A stretch of DNA of 64,000 nucleotides, from NCBI GenBank assembly GCA_046861395.1, contig JBHHUC010000001.1:1-64000 (forward strand). The letters are read 5' to 3'. Positions 8,745 to 16,290 of this stretch are shown one piece after another. This DNA comes from Fidelibacterota bacterium. GTDB taxonomy: Bacteria; Fidelibacterota; Marinisomatia; Marinisomatales; JABMOV01. The position numbers and the translations under genes were made by a program. Position 1 is the stretch's first letter. The number at the start of each line of letters is the position of its first letter. The notes under the pieces are model-generated. The model ran no database searches. It had not been told where the DNA came from and saw nothing but the letters and a program-made list of their open reading frames with translations.

Positions 8745-9533
8745 TTATTCCTCTTTTTTCCATTCTTTGGGCGGAATGAATGAATTCAGCTTTTCGCGTA
8801 CAATGATGGGGTGCTTTTTCTGATGTATCAGGCGGGACGCCTCGACGAACATGGCCTGTAGCGTGTTGGTGACAGTGATGCGCATGGTCAGCTTGGCCGC
8901 CATGGGTAAAAAGAACAGGTTGGCAAACACCGCACCGTAAAAGGTGGTGATCAAAGCAGCCGACATACCGGCGCCCAGAGCATCGGTGCCACCGCCTTCT
9001 TCCCCGCCAAAACCGGAGAGCATAATGACCAGACCGATAAGCGTCCCGATCATACCCCAGGCCGGTGCCATCGTTCCCATGGTTTTGAACAGGTCCGCCT
9101 GAGTTTTTTCCCGTGTTTCACGATAATCTATCCGGGTATTCAAAATGTCCGTTAATTCCTCAGCGGAATACCCATCCACAATCATCTGGATTCCATCCCG
9201 GAAAAAGGGATTCTTAATGGAATCAATAAACTTTTCCAGTTCTGCCGTTCCCTTACGTGCCACTTCCGACACTTCCACAGCCATATCGACAAATTCGCCC
9301 AGTTTCGTTTTGCTACCCTTAAACACTGCTGCCATGGCCGAACCCAACTTCATCACCTCTGACAGGGGAAAGGCTACCGATACGGAAGCGACCATCCCAC
9401 CAAACACAATGGCAAAGCTTGAGGTTGATATAAACCCGGCCATGCTGGCGCCGGCCTGGCTGGCCGCCAGGAAAATTCCGCCGTAAATGGAGCCGAGTCC
9501 TATGATGATACCAATAATTGTTGCAAGATCCAT
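8745..9533 (-). CDS. motA: stator A subunit (MotA/PomA family)
   Basis: MDLATIIG start, ARKGTAELE, GIQMIVDG, APAWGMIGTLIGLV, ALITTFYG..NLFFLPMAAKL. Confidence 0.95.
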   Translation of the reverse strand: MDLATIIGIIIGLGSIYGGIFLAASQAGASMAGFISTSSFAIVFGGMVASVSVAFPLSEVMKLGSAMAAVFKGSKTKLGEFVDMAVEVSEVARKGTAELEKFIDSIKNPFFRDGIQMIVDGYSAEELTDILNTRIDYRETREKTQADLFKTMGTMAPAWGMIGTLIGLVIMLSGFGGEEGGGTDALGAGMSAALITTFYGAVFANLFFLPMAAKLTMRITVTNTLQAMFVEASRLIHQKKHPIIVREKLNSFIPPKEWKKEE

Positions 9534-9541
9534 AGGCGCCT

Positions 9542-10903
9542 TTACTCCTCTAAAATGCTGGTTGATTTCAGGCGATTTTCATGCAGCGCTTTCAGAATGT
9601 TACGAACATCCTCATATTCCGGATCGAGGCGTAAAGCCAGATTCCAGTCAATTGTCGCCCGTTGAATATCGCCCAGTTTATAATAAATTGATCCGCGGCG
9701 AGCATACGCCAACGCCAAGTTGGGATTAAGCTCCAGTGCCGTTTCCACTTCATTCAAAGCTTTGCGGTAATCGCCGGAATAAAAATAGCGCAATGATCGC
9801 GATAAATGCCGCATCGCTTCATTCATGTTGGCTTCCGACACATTGCTTTTCAATACCATGGACATGAGAGAATCTTCCATGGCTTTGGCATGTTGTTCCA
9901 TAGCCGACAGGCGAATGATCAGGTTGCGCATTTCATTGCTCATTAAGTCCATGGAGTCCCGCAGCGAGTGCACTGTATAGTCGGCCACCTTCAGCGTGGA
10001 ATCAAATTGTGTGAATTCTTCATTCGTTCCCGGCAGATTCATTTGTGATGGTACAAGCGGGGACGGCCCACCGCTTCCGTACCGGGCGCCCGGCGGAGCC
10101 TGGGGTACCGCCATTTCCAGTCCCAAAGTCAGTCCGGGATGACCGACCCAATACCGCGACGACCAGTTTGGTAGTTTTTCAATGTGGGTGAACCCAACGT
10201 TTAAGCGATAATCCGAGGTAAGGGGGATGCGGAGTCCCACATTGACGCCTGTGCCGTCGAATTCACCCACTAAATCCATGCCGCCCCATCGGGAAAAATA
10301 GGGTGTGTTAAAAACAAAACCCGCGAAAACCCCGGCGCCCATACTGGCCGAATCGGGGTTTACAGGAATGGTGTCAGCGCGGGCAAATCCGCCACTGCCG
10401 AAACCTAAATACGTGCTCATGGTGTAGTCACCAACGGGTTTGGTGCTGCCGACCACTACAAAGAAAGATAATTCTGTCGGATTGAGACTTAATCCCGTGT
10501 TGGGATCATTCTGAAAAACAATATCCTGCAATCCAACTGATACTGAAATATCATTAAAGGAATAAATCCGTTGCTGTAAATGAAACCCGAATTCCACCGG
10601 AATCTGGGCCTGGGTTACTCCCAGGTTGGCAATCTCCGTTGTATCGGCCCCAATGGCCGACGAAAACCCGAGCAGGAAATTCTTGCCCAGTTCTGCTTCA
10701 AAACGAATACCTTTGGCTGTATTCAGATTTGTGAAGTTGTGAATTTCAATCCCGAATCCGGTCCGAAAAAGAATGGAACTGCGCTGGGCGGTACTGGTGG
10801 GGATTTTCATCATCATTCCGGGCCGTGTGTAGGCTACTCGGGTCGCCGAATAACCGACGGCCACCATACATAGCAAACCAAGTAGAGTCGAGTTCAATCT
10901 CAT
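9542..10903 (-). CDS. exported protein: beta-strand-rich (possible outer-membrane barrel) domain, coiled coil and C-terminal TPRs
   Basis: Signal peptide. Alternating Gly/aromatic strands (GEFDGTGVNVGLRIPLTSDYRLNVGF). Heptad region. TPR consensus ALELNPNLALAYARRGSIYYKLG..ALRLDP. Confidence 0.7.
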   Translation of the reverse strand: MRLNSTLLGLLCMVAVGYSATRVAYTRPGMMMKIPTSTAQRSSILFRTGFGIEIHNFTNLNTAKGIRFEAELGKNFLLGFSSAIGADTTEIANLGVTQAQIPVEFGFHLQQRIYSFNDISVSVGLQDIVFQNDPNTGLSLNPTELSFFVVVGSTKPVGDYTMSTYLGFGSGGFARADTIPVNPDSASMGAGVFAGFVFNTPYFSRWGGMDLVGEFDGTGVNVGLRIPLTSDYRLNVGFTHIEKLPNWSSRYWVGHPGLTLGLEMAVPQAPPGARYGSGGPSPLVPSQMNLPGTNEEFTQFDSTLKVADYTVHSLRDSMDLMSNEMRNLIIRLSAMEQHAKAMEDSLMSMVLKSNVSEANMNEAMRHLSRSLRYFYSGDYRKALNEVETALELNPNLALAYARRGSIYYKLGDIQRATIDWNLALRLDPEYEDVRNILKALHENRLKSTSILEE

Positions 10904-11820
10904 GGAATTAATTCCGCTTTTTTAATTTCCAATTGTGCCAACCGCAAATAGTCGCTGTCCGGATAATCCCTGACCACGGTTAAAAAGGCATCCAGGGCCA
11001 GGTTTTCCTGGCCGGTTTTCCGATATAAAAGCCCCTTTTGGACGAGGGCATCATCAATGCGGTCTGATGACTCAATCCGCAATAATTGATCCAGGACATC
11101 AATGGCGACTTGATAGTTTCCCTGTTGCTGATAGGCATCCGCCAGCCAGTACAGCACATTCGCAGCCGTGGCAATATCGGTGTGTGAAAGATCCAGTTTT
11201 AAGAAGTTTTTAATGGCTGATTCATAATCCTCTTTCTGATAGGCCATTACGCCGGCCATATAGAGCGAAGGACTGAATGTCAGGGGAACCTGTCGCACCG
11301 GTTTTTGCTTCGGGGGCGGTGGGCTGCTCATAGTCGGTACCGTTCTCATTTCCGGCAAATCTGTGATGTCGTCTATCTCTTGTAATATTTCAATATCTTC
11401 TTCCAGATCCGCCAAGTCAACCTGGGGACGAGACGGACGTTGCAACGGTGGTCGCACATATTCCGCCAGCATTCCGCGTAATTCCTGATTTTCCGACTTC
11501 AGTGAATTAATTTCGCTTTTAAAAGACGAATCCAGGTCATCCATCCGTGCCTGGATGCGTTGCAGGGCTGCCAGCATTTCCTTTGAGGCCGCCATATACA
11601 CCGATCCGCTTTCCACCTTTTTCACCCGTAGTTTCACTTCATCGGATGTCGTTTTTACAAAGCGGGAATATTGCTCGTTCCCCGTGGTAGGTTCAATAAC
11701 GATTCCCAGATCCAAGAAAAAGATGTCAGCCGTAGACGGTTCTGGATTGGATTGTCCCCGGACCGGTAGAGAGAAACTTACCAGGGCCAGGAAAAGAACT
11801 GTTTTGTGGCCGTAACGCAT
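10900..11820 (-). CDS. exported coiled-coil plus TPR protein (CpoB/YbgF-like architecture)
   Basis: Probable start ATG 11820 giving signal peptide MRYGHKTVLFLALVSFSLPVRG. Coiled coil. C-terminal TPRs (ANVLYWLADAY, DDALVQKGLLY, VVRDYPDS). 4-bp overlap with the next gene. Confidence 0.75.
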   Translation of the reverse strand: MRYGHKTVLFLALVSFSLPVRGQSNPEPSTADIFFLDLGIVIEPTTGNEQYSRFVKTTSDEVKLRVKKVESGSVYMAASKEMLAALQRIQARMDDLDSSFKSEINSLKSENQELRGMLAEYVRPPLQRPSRPQVDLADLEEDIEILQEIDDITDLPEMRTVPTMSSPPPPKQKPVRQVPLTFSPSLYMAGVMAYQKEDYESAIKNFLKLDLSHTDIATAANVLYWLADAYQQQGNYQVAIDVLDQLLRIESSDRIDDALVQKGLLYRKTGQENLALDAFLTVVRDYPDSDYLRLAQLEIKKAELIP

Positions 11821-11830
11821 CAGTGATGTC

Positions 11831-12988
11831 TTATTCGTATTCTTCCCAGTCAATTACATAGGAATAACCAATGAAGGCGCCAAAGGAATGGGGAACATAG
11901 AGTTCAAAGGTGCCCACGGCCCCCGGCAGGAGCGAAGCGTCCGTGGTAATTCCCGAATCGAAGGTATGATAGGCGCCGCGTACAAATGACGTTAGGGTCT
12001 TGGTTTCGCCGCTCCAGTTCTTACGGAAAACAAAATCAACTTTAACGAAATCGGCGCGACGTCCACCGATATTCTTTATTTCACCGGTAAAAATCAGATT
12101 GCCTTGTTTGTCTTTTTTCTCGGTGATATTTCCCACCAGAACACAGTTGGCTGAAAATTGTTTGGCGGCTTCCCGCGTCATCGGATCGGCCGATGTATAT
12201 TGCGGCTGGGCCAGTTTTGGCATGGGCGGAGGTGAATAGCTGTCGCGGATTTGTTCCGGGATATACTCCTGCTGCTCTTCCGTGATGATATTGTCTACGA
12301 CACGGACAATGTTATCCCGTTCAATAATCAGATAACCAACCAGTGTTTCCACCTTTAGCGATTTTTCATCCTGATAAACGATTTTTCCAAAGACAGTACT
12401 GCCGTTTTTCAGGATAATTTCCTTGGAATATATCGCCAGCGGATTGACCCACATTTTGCTCATGGCCTTCAGATCGTTGACTTCCGTGTTCAAGTGCTTG
12501 ATTTCCGCCACCATTTTTTTGATCTCAAAGCTAAGCTCATTAATGACATAGGACTGATCTTGACTGCCGGCAGCCGGTGTTTTGTCCGCGGTTTCTTCTT
12601 CGCCGGGGGTTACAGCTGCGGTGGTGGACGGTGGTGGTGCCTGGGACAAATGGAGTTCCAGGTCTTCCACGTCATTGGCAATGACCGAAACCGGAACGGA
12701 GGCCTTTCCCAAGGGACCCGCATTTACATCAAGAACATATTCGCCCGGCAGGACATCCTTAAACTTAAATTTACCTTTGCCCATTCCCATGCGGCCCTTG
12801 GTTTCGGTTCGCTGAACCTCCACCCCGTCCTCCGTTTGGAGTAACACTGTGGTTACAACCTTTTCACCCTGAGTGTCCAATACGGTACCGCTAATAGTGT
12901 ACGTATCGGCAGGGATCGCGAAGGAAGTAAGGGCGCATAGCACTAATACAGCTATGGTAAGCCTTTTCATGTGCGCCTCAATTTTCAT
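11831..12988 (-). CDS. exported multidomain protein (carboxypeptidase-regulatory-like domain, coiled coil, small beta domain, FxLYD-like Ig domain)
   Basis: Signal peptide (start 12988 or 12970). YTISGTVLD..GKFKFKDVLPGEYVL. Pro/Thr linker. IILKNGSTVFGKIV. FTGEIKNIG..LLPGAVGTFEL. Confidence 0.7.
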   Translation of the reverse strand: MKIEAHMKRLTIAVLVLCALTSFAIPADTYTISGTVLDTQGEKVVTTVLLQTEDGVEVQRTETKGRMGMGKGKFKFKDVLPGEYVLDVNAGPLGKASVPVSVIANDVEDLELHLSQAPPPSTTAAVTPGEEETADKTPAAGSQDQSYVINELSFEIKKMVAEIKHLNTEVNDLKAMSKMWVNPLAIYSKEIILKNGSTVFGKIVYQDEKSLKVETLVGYLIIERDNIVRVVDNIITEEQQEYIPEQIRDSYSPPPMPKLAQPQYTSADPMTREAAKQFSANCVLVGNITEKKDKQGNLIFTGEIKNIGGRRADFVKVDFVFRKNWSGETKTLTSFVRGAYHTFDSGITTDASLLPGAVGTFELYVPHSFGAFIGYSYVIDWEEYE

Positions 12989-13032
12989 TATAACTACCTC
13001 GGATTTGCAGTTCCTGGAGTTAAAACTCCAAG

Positions 13033-13068
13033 ACGGTAAATATTACCGTTAAATTTCTTATCAATCAA
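13033..13068 (-). promoter_or_regulatory. sigma70-type promoter of the motor operon with an overlapping palindromic operator
   Basis: On the minus strand TTGATT (13068-13063)-N17-TAATAT (13045-13040). Perfect inverted repeat ACGGTAA-ATA-TTACCGT at 13033-13049. Confidence 0.5.
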
Positions 13069-13160
13069 GAATTAATCCTGATTGGTTTTTCAGGCTGATT
13101 TTTCTGAAAATACGCCTCCTGAGCCCCTTTTTCTTCCGCTGGATTGATATGATTGTGCTC

Positions 13161-14672
13161 TTAAAGTTGGTAAACATCGGCAAATTTTTTCTCCAGATAA
13201 TCCATGAACGGTCCGGCTGAAAGCGGTTCACCGGTTAAATCCTCAATCAACTCTGACGCTGTTTTACGCCGGCCAAGAGTGTGGATGTTTTTCCCCAGCC
13301 AGTCCCGCAATCCACTCAATTTCCCGGCGGCAATTTGCTCATCCAGGCCGGATATTTCCCGGCGGGCCTGATTCATGATGGGAACATTGTAGAGATTGCC
13401 CAGAGCGTAGGTTGGAAAGTAGCCAAAGCCGCCGAAGGACCAATGCACATCCTGCAGTACACCATTGGCATCGGAGTCGGGACGAATTCCCAAATAACTT
13501 TCCATTCTTTCATTCCAGACATGGGGTAAATCCGCCACCGGCAAACCATCGTTGATCACCATTCGTTCCACCTCAAATCGCAGCATGATGTGCAGGTTGT
13601 AGGTGGCTTCATCGGCGTCCACCCGGATCAGGGACGGCTTTACAGTATTGATGGCCCGGTAGAACTGGTCCAATGATACATCCCCCAGATTTTCCGGAAA
13701 AATGGCTTGTAGTTTCGGATAATAATGCTGCCAGAAGGGCCGGCTGAGACCCACCAGATTTTCCCAGAGGCGGGATTGGCTTTCATGAATGCCATAGGAA
13801 ATGGCTTCTCCGAAAGGCGTACCGAACCATTCCGGATCCAAGCCCTGCTCATAGAGGGCATGACCGCCCTCGTGCACCGTGCTGGAAAATCCGGATAAAA
13901 AATCATGATCATCAATTCGAGTTGTAATTCGCACATCGGTGGGATGAAAATTGATGGTAAAGGGATGCGCCGATCGGTCCTGGCGGCCACAGGTCAGATC
14001 ATAGCCCATGTCCTTCAGGACGGAAACGCCGAAAGACCATTGTTTATCCGCCGGGTAAAATTGTTTCAATATGTCCTGACGGGTATCTACCCCGGATGCT
14101 TTTATTGTTTGCACCAGCGGAACGAGACGGTCGCGCACTTCGTCAAAAAGTTCAGTTACAACCGCGGATGTCATGCCCGGCTCGAATGTATCCAACAGTG
14201 TATCGTACGGCGTCTCCTTGGTTCCCAGATACCCGATTTCCCGTTTTTTCAATTGGATGATTTTTTCCAGAATCGGGGCAAAGGCCGAAAAATCATTATT
14301 CTTCCGCGCATTGGCCCATATCTGTTGGGCGCGAGCAGTGGTTTCCGACAATTCGGCAACAAACTCCCCGGGCAGGGCGGCGGCGCGGTGATAATCGCGC
14401 CATATTTCATAGATCAATCGATTTTTTTCGTTGGAAAGTCCGTCTTTAACGTGGCCCGTATCCAGATCAACCAGTTCCGACAGTGGCCCCCTGATACTGT
14501 CGCTCACCAGTCGCTCATGAGCCAATGATTCCAGCAGGGAAACCTGTTCCGCCCGTGCTTTCCCACCACCTTCGGGCATGTAGGTCTCCTGATCCCAGTG
14601 CAGTAGAGACGCGGCGGCCCGTAAATTGGCAATGGCCCGCAATTCTTTTTTTAGTGTGTTCAGTGGTTTCAT
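13161..14672 (-). CDS. carboxypeptidase, family M32 (Taq-type)
   Basis: WDQET, HPF, DVRITTR, HEGGH, HESQS, IRVDADE, GVLQDVHW, GYFPTYALG. Confidence 0.96.
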   Translation of the reverse strand: MKPLNTLKKELRAIANLRAAASLLHWDQETYMPEGGGKARAEQVSLLESLAHERLVSDSIRGPLSELVDLDTGHVKDGLSNEKNRLIYEIWRDYHRAAALPGEFVAELSETTARAQQIWANARKNNDFSAFAPILEKIIQLKKREIGYLGTKETPYDTLLDTFEPGMTSAVVTELFDEVRDRLVPLVQTIKASGVDTRQDILKQFYPADKQWSFGVSVLKDMGYDLTCGRQDRSAHPFTINFHPTDVRITTRIDDHDFLSGFSSTVHEGGHALYEQGLDPEWFGTPFGEAISYGIHESQSRLWENLVGLSRPFWQHYYPKLQAIFPENLGDVSLDQFYRAINTVKPSLIRVDADEATYNLHIMLRFEVERMVINDGLPVADLPHVWNERMESYLGIRPDSDANGVLQDVHWSFGGFGYFPTYALGNLYNVPIMNQARREISGLDEQIAAGKLSGLRDWLGKNIHTLGRRKTASELIEDLTGEPLSAGPFMDYLEKKFADVYQL

Positions 14673-14691
14673 TAAATCTCCTCGTTATGGT

Positions 14692-15282
14692 TTACTGCCA
14701 GAAAGATTTCAATAATTCCTGGTCTTTGCGCGCCCGGTCCAGGGCTTTTTGAGCTTTCTCCCGAAGCTCCTCCGGCAACCCTTTTTCCAGTGCGGCAGTA
14801 TAGTATTCGATAATATTCTCAAAATCGTCTTCATCGTTTTTTTCATATCCGCGGGCGATCCAGTACAGGGCAACGGCATCATCCGGCTTATAATATGACG
14901 CTTTGTTAAACTGCTCGATGGCATCCCAGAGCTGGCCGGAACTGCCCTTTTTAAAGAGGCGTTTGCCGCATAACATGGCCAGGGAATATTTCATGTCCAC
15001 ATTATCGGGTTGTAATGCCAGTCCCTGTTCCAGCGTCTTTTCGGCAGCCACATCATCTCCGGCGGCCCATTGTTTTTCCGCTACAGCCTGAAAGGCTTCC
15101 AGCAGAAGAATTTGTTTCTCCGGGTCCCGGGCAATCACCTGTAAGATTGAATCCTGTTTGGCAATGACCTGTTCCGGAGCGGTGGCAACCCATTCCCGCA
15201 AGGAAGGTTTCCGGCTGCACCCATAAAAGGTCAGACCCGCCAACAAGAGGTTCAGGCTGTAGTAAACAATCTTTTTAGCCAC
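14692..15282 (-). CDS. TPR-containing lipoprotein
   Basis: GTG 15282 with GGGGAG RBS gives MAKKIVYYSLNLLLAGLTFYGC (lipobox-like). TPR-like helices (AVALYWIARGYE). Confidence 0.65.
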   Translation of the reverse strand: MAKKIVYYSLNLLLAGLTFYGCSRKPSLREWVATAPEQVIAKQDSILQVIARDPEKQILLLEAFQAVAEKQWAAGDDVAAEKTLEQGLALQPDNVDMKYSLAMLCGKRLFKKGSSGQLWDAIEQFNKASYYKPDDAVALYWIARGYEKNDEDDFENIIEYYTAALEKGLPEELREKAQKALDRARKDQELLKSFWQ

Positions 15283-16219
15283 CGTTTTCTCCCCCATAGA
15301 AAAATAAATCCTGGTTCTGATAAAAGGCCCTGTAAAGCTCGGACATGGATTCCACCACATAATAACGATCCTGAATCGTACTGTAATCGAAACGTGTCAA
15401 GGCAATTTCTTCCATGTCAAAGGGAAGAAAGCGGGAGCGGTCGGAGGTTCCCCGGGCGCATTGAATGACATTTTGTGTTTCATCATAGGAAGAAATGATG
15501 CCGGCACCGTAAATCTCATAGGGAATGTCGTTTTCTTTCCAGCGATAAGGGTCCGTTTCTCCTGTATTTTTCAGGAGACCAAATTCATAAGTCCACCAGG
15601 CGAAATTTTGCAATCGTTTCAGGTTGTGGGCCACCAGTTCCGGCGACAGCCCGGCTTCATTCCGAATGATCCGGTAGCCCAGCTTCCCCATGTCGGCCAC
15701 GAAATCGGCGTAATCTTTGTTCACCAGAAACGGGACATGGCCCTGGATATCATGGAAAATATCCGGTTCTGGCGTATAACCTTCATCGTTCTGTATTTCC
15801 TGTCCCGCATACTTTTCCTCAAAGCGGGGTGAATGACGAATAATATCCGTTACGGGGAATTGTCGGTTGGCATTCAGGTAGAAAAATAATTCCTCGTCCA
15901 GAAATCCAGCCACGGGCAGAAGGGTCCAGCCGGTGGCGTTTTCAATGAGCGGTGAAATGGCCTTAAACTCCGGAAAGCGATCGCGGGGGATATGGAGCAT
16001 GCGCAACCCCAATAAGTATTCTTTCGAAGCGTATTGATCCAGTTTTCGTTCCTGGTGCTGATAGAGCTGGGCCCAGATATTGTTTTCCAGGTTGTTGACG
16101 GCTTCATAGCGCTGCGGTTTCAGATAAGAATCGTTCATACTGAATATCCGGATACCGGCAACGGCATGGGGTTGAATGTTGGTAAAAAGGTGATCGTAGG
16201 TATCTGACAGCGGCGGCAT
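15275..16219 (-). CDS. phhA: phenylalanine 4-monooxygenase (pterin-dependent aromatic amino-acid hydroxylase)
   Basis: TGWTLLPVAG, YTPEPDIFHDIQGHVP (two Fe-binding His), WWTYEFGL (Fe-binding Glu), YGAGIISS, IQDRYYV. Confidence 0.85.
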   Translation of the reverse strand: MPPLSDTYDHLFTNIQPHAVAGIRIFSMNDSYLKPQRYEAVNNLENNIWAQLYQHQERKLDQYASKEYLLGLRMLHIPRDRFPEFKAISPLIENATGWTLLPVAGFLDEELFFYLNANRQFPVTDIIRHSPRFEEKYAGQEIQNDEGYTPEPDIFHDIQGHVPFLVNKDYADFVADMGKLGYRIIRNEAGLSPELVAHNLKRLQNFAWWTYEFGLLKNTGETDPYRWKENDIPYEIYGAGIISSYDETQNVIQCARGTSDRSRFLPFDMEEIALTRFDYSTIQDRYYVVESMSELYRAFYQNQDLFFYGGENGG

Positions 16220-16290
16220 TGGTTTCGGTTCGTTGATGAGAGAATTTACATTACCGGGTGGGTGGATACAACGTCGTCACGTGGTGAAAA

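Noticed and set aside
7986..9533. Zorya (ZorAB), ExbBD or TolQR interpretation of the motA/motB pair
   Set aside because: MotA has no long ZorA tail and keeps the rotor-contact loop. MotB has a plug and OmpA-like domain. The neighbours are FliF/FliG homologues, not ZorC/D/E, TonB or TolA/B.
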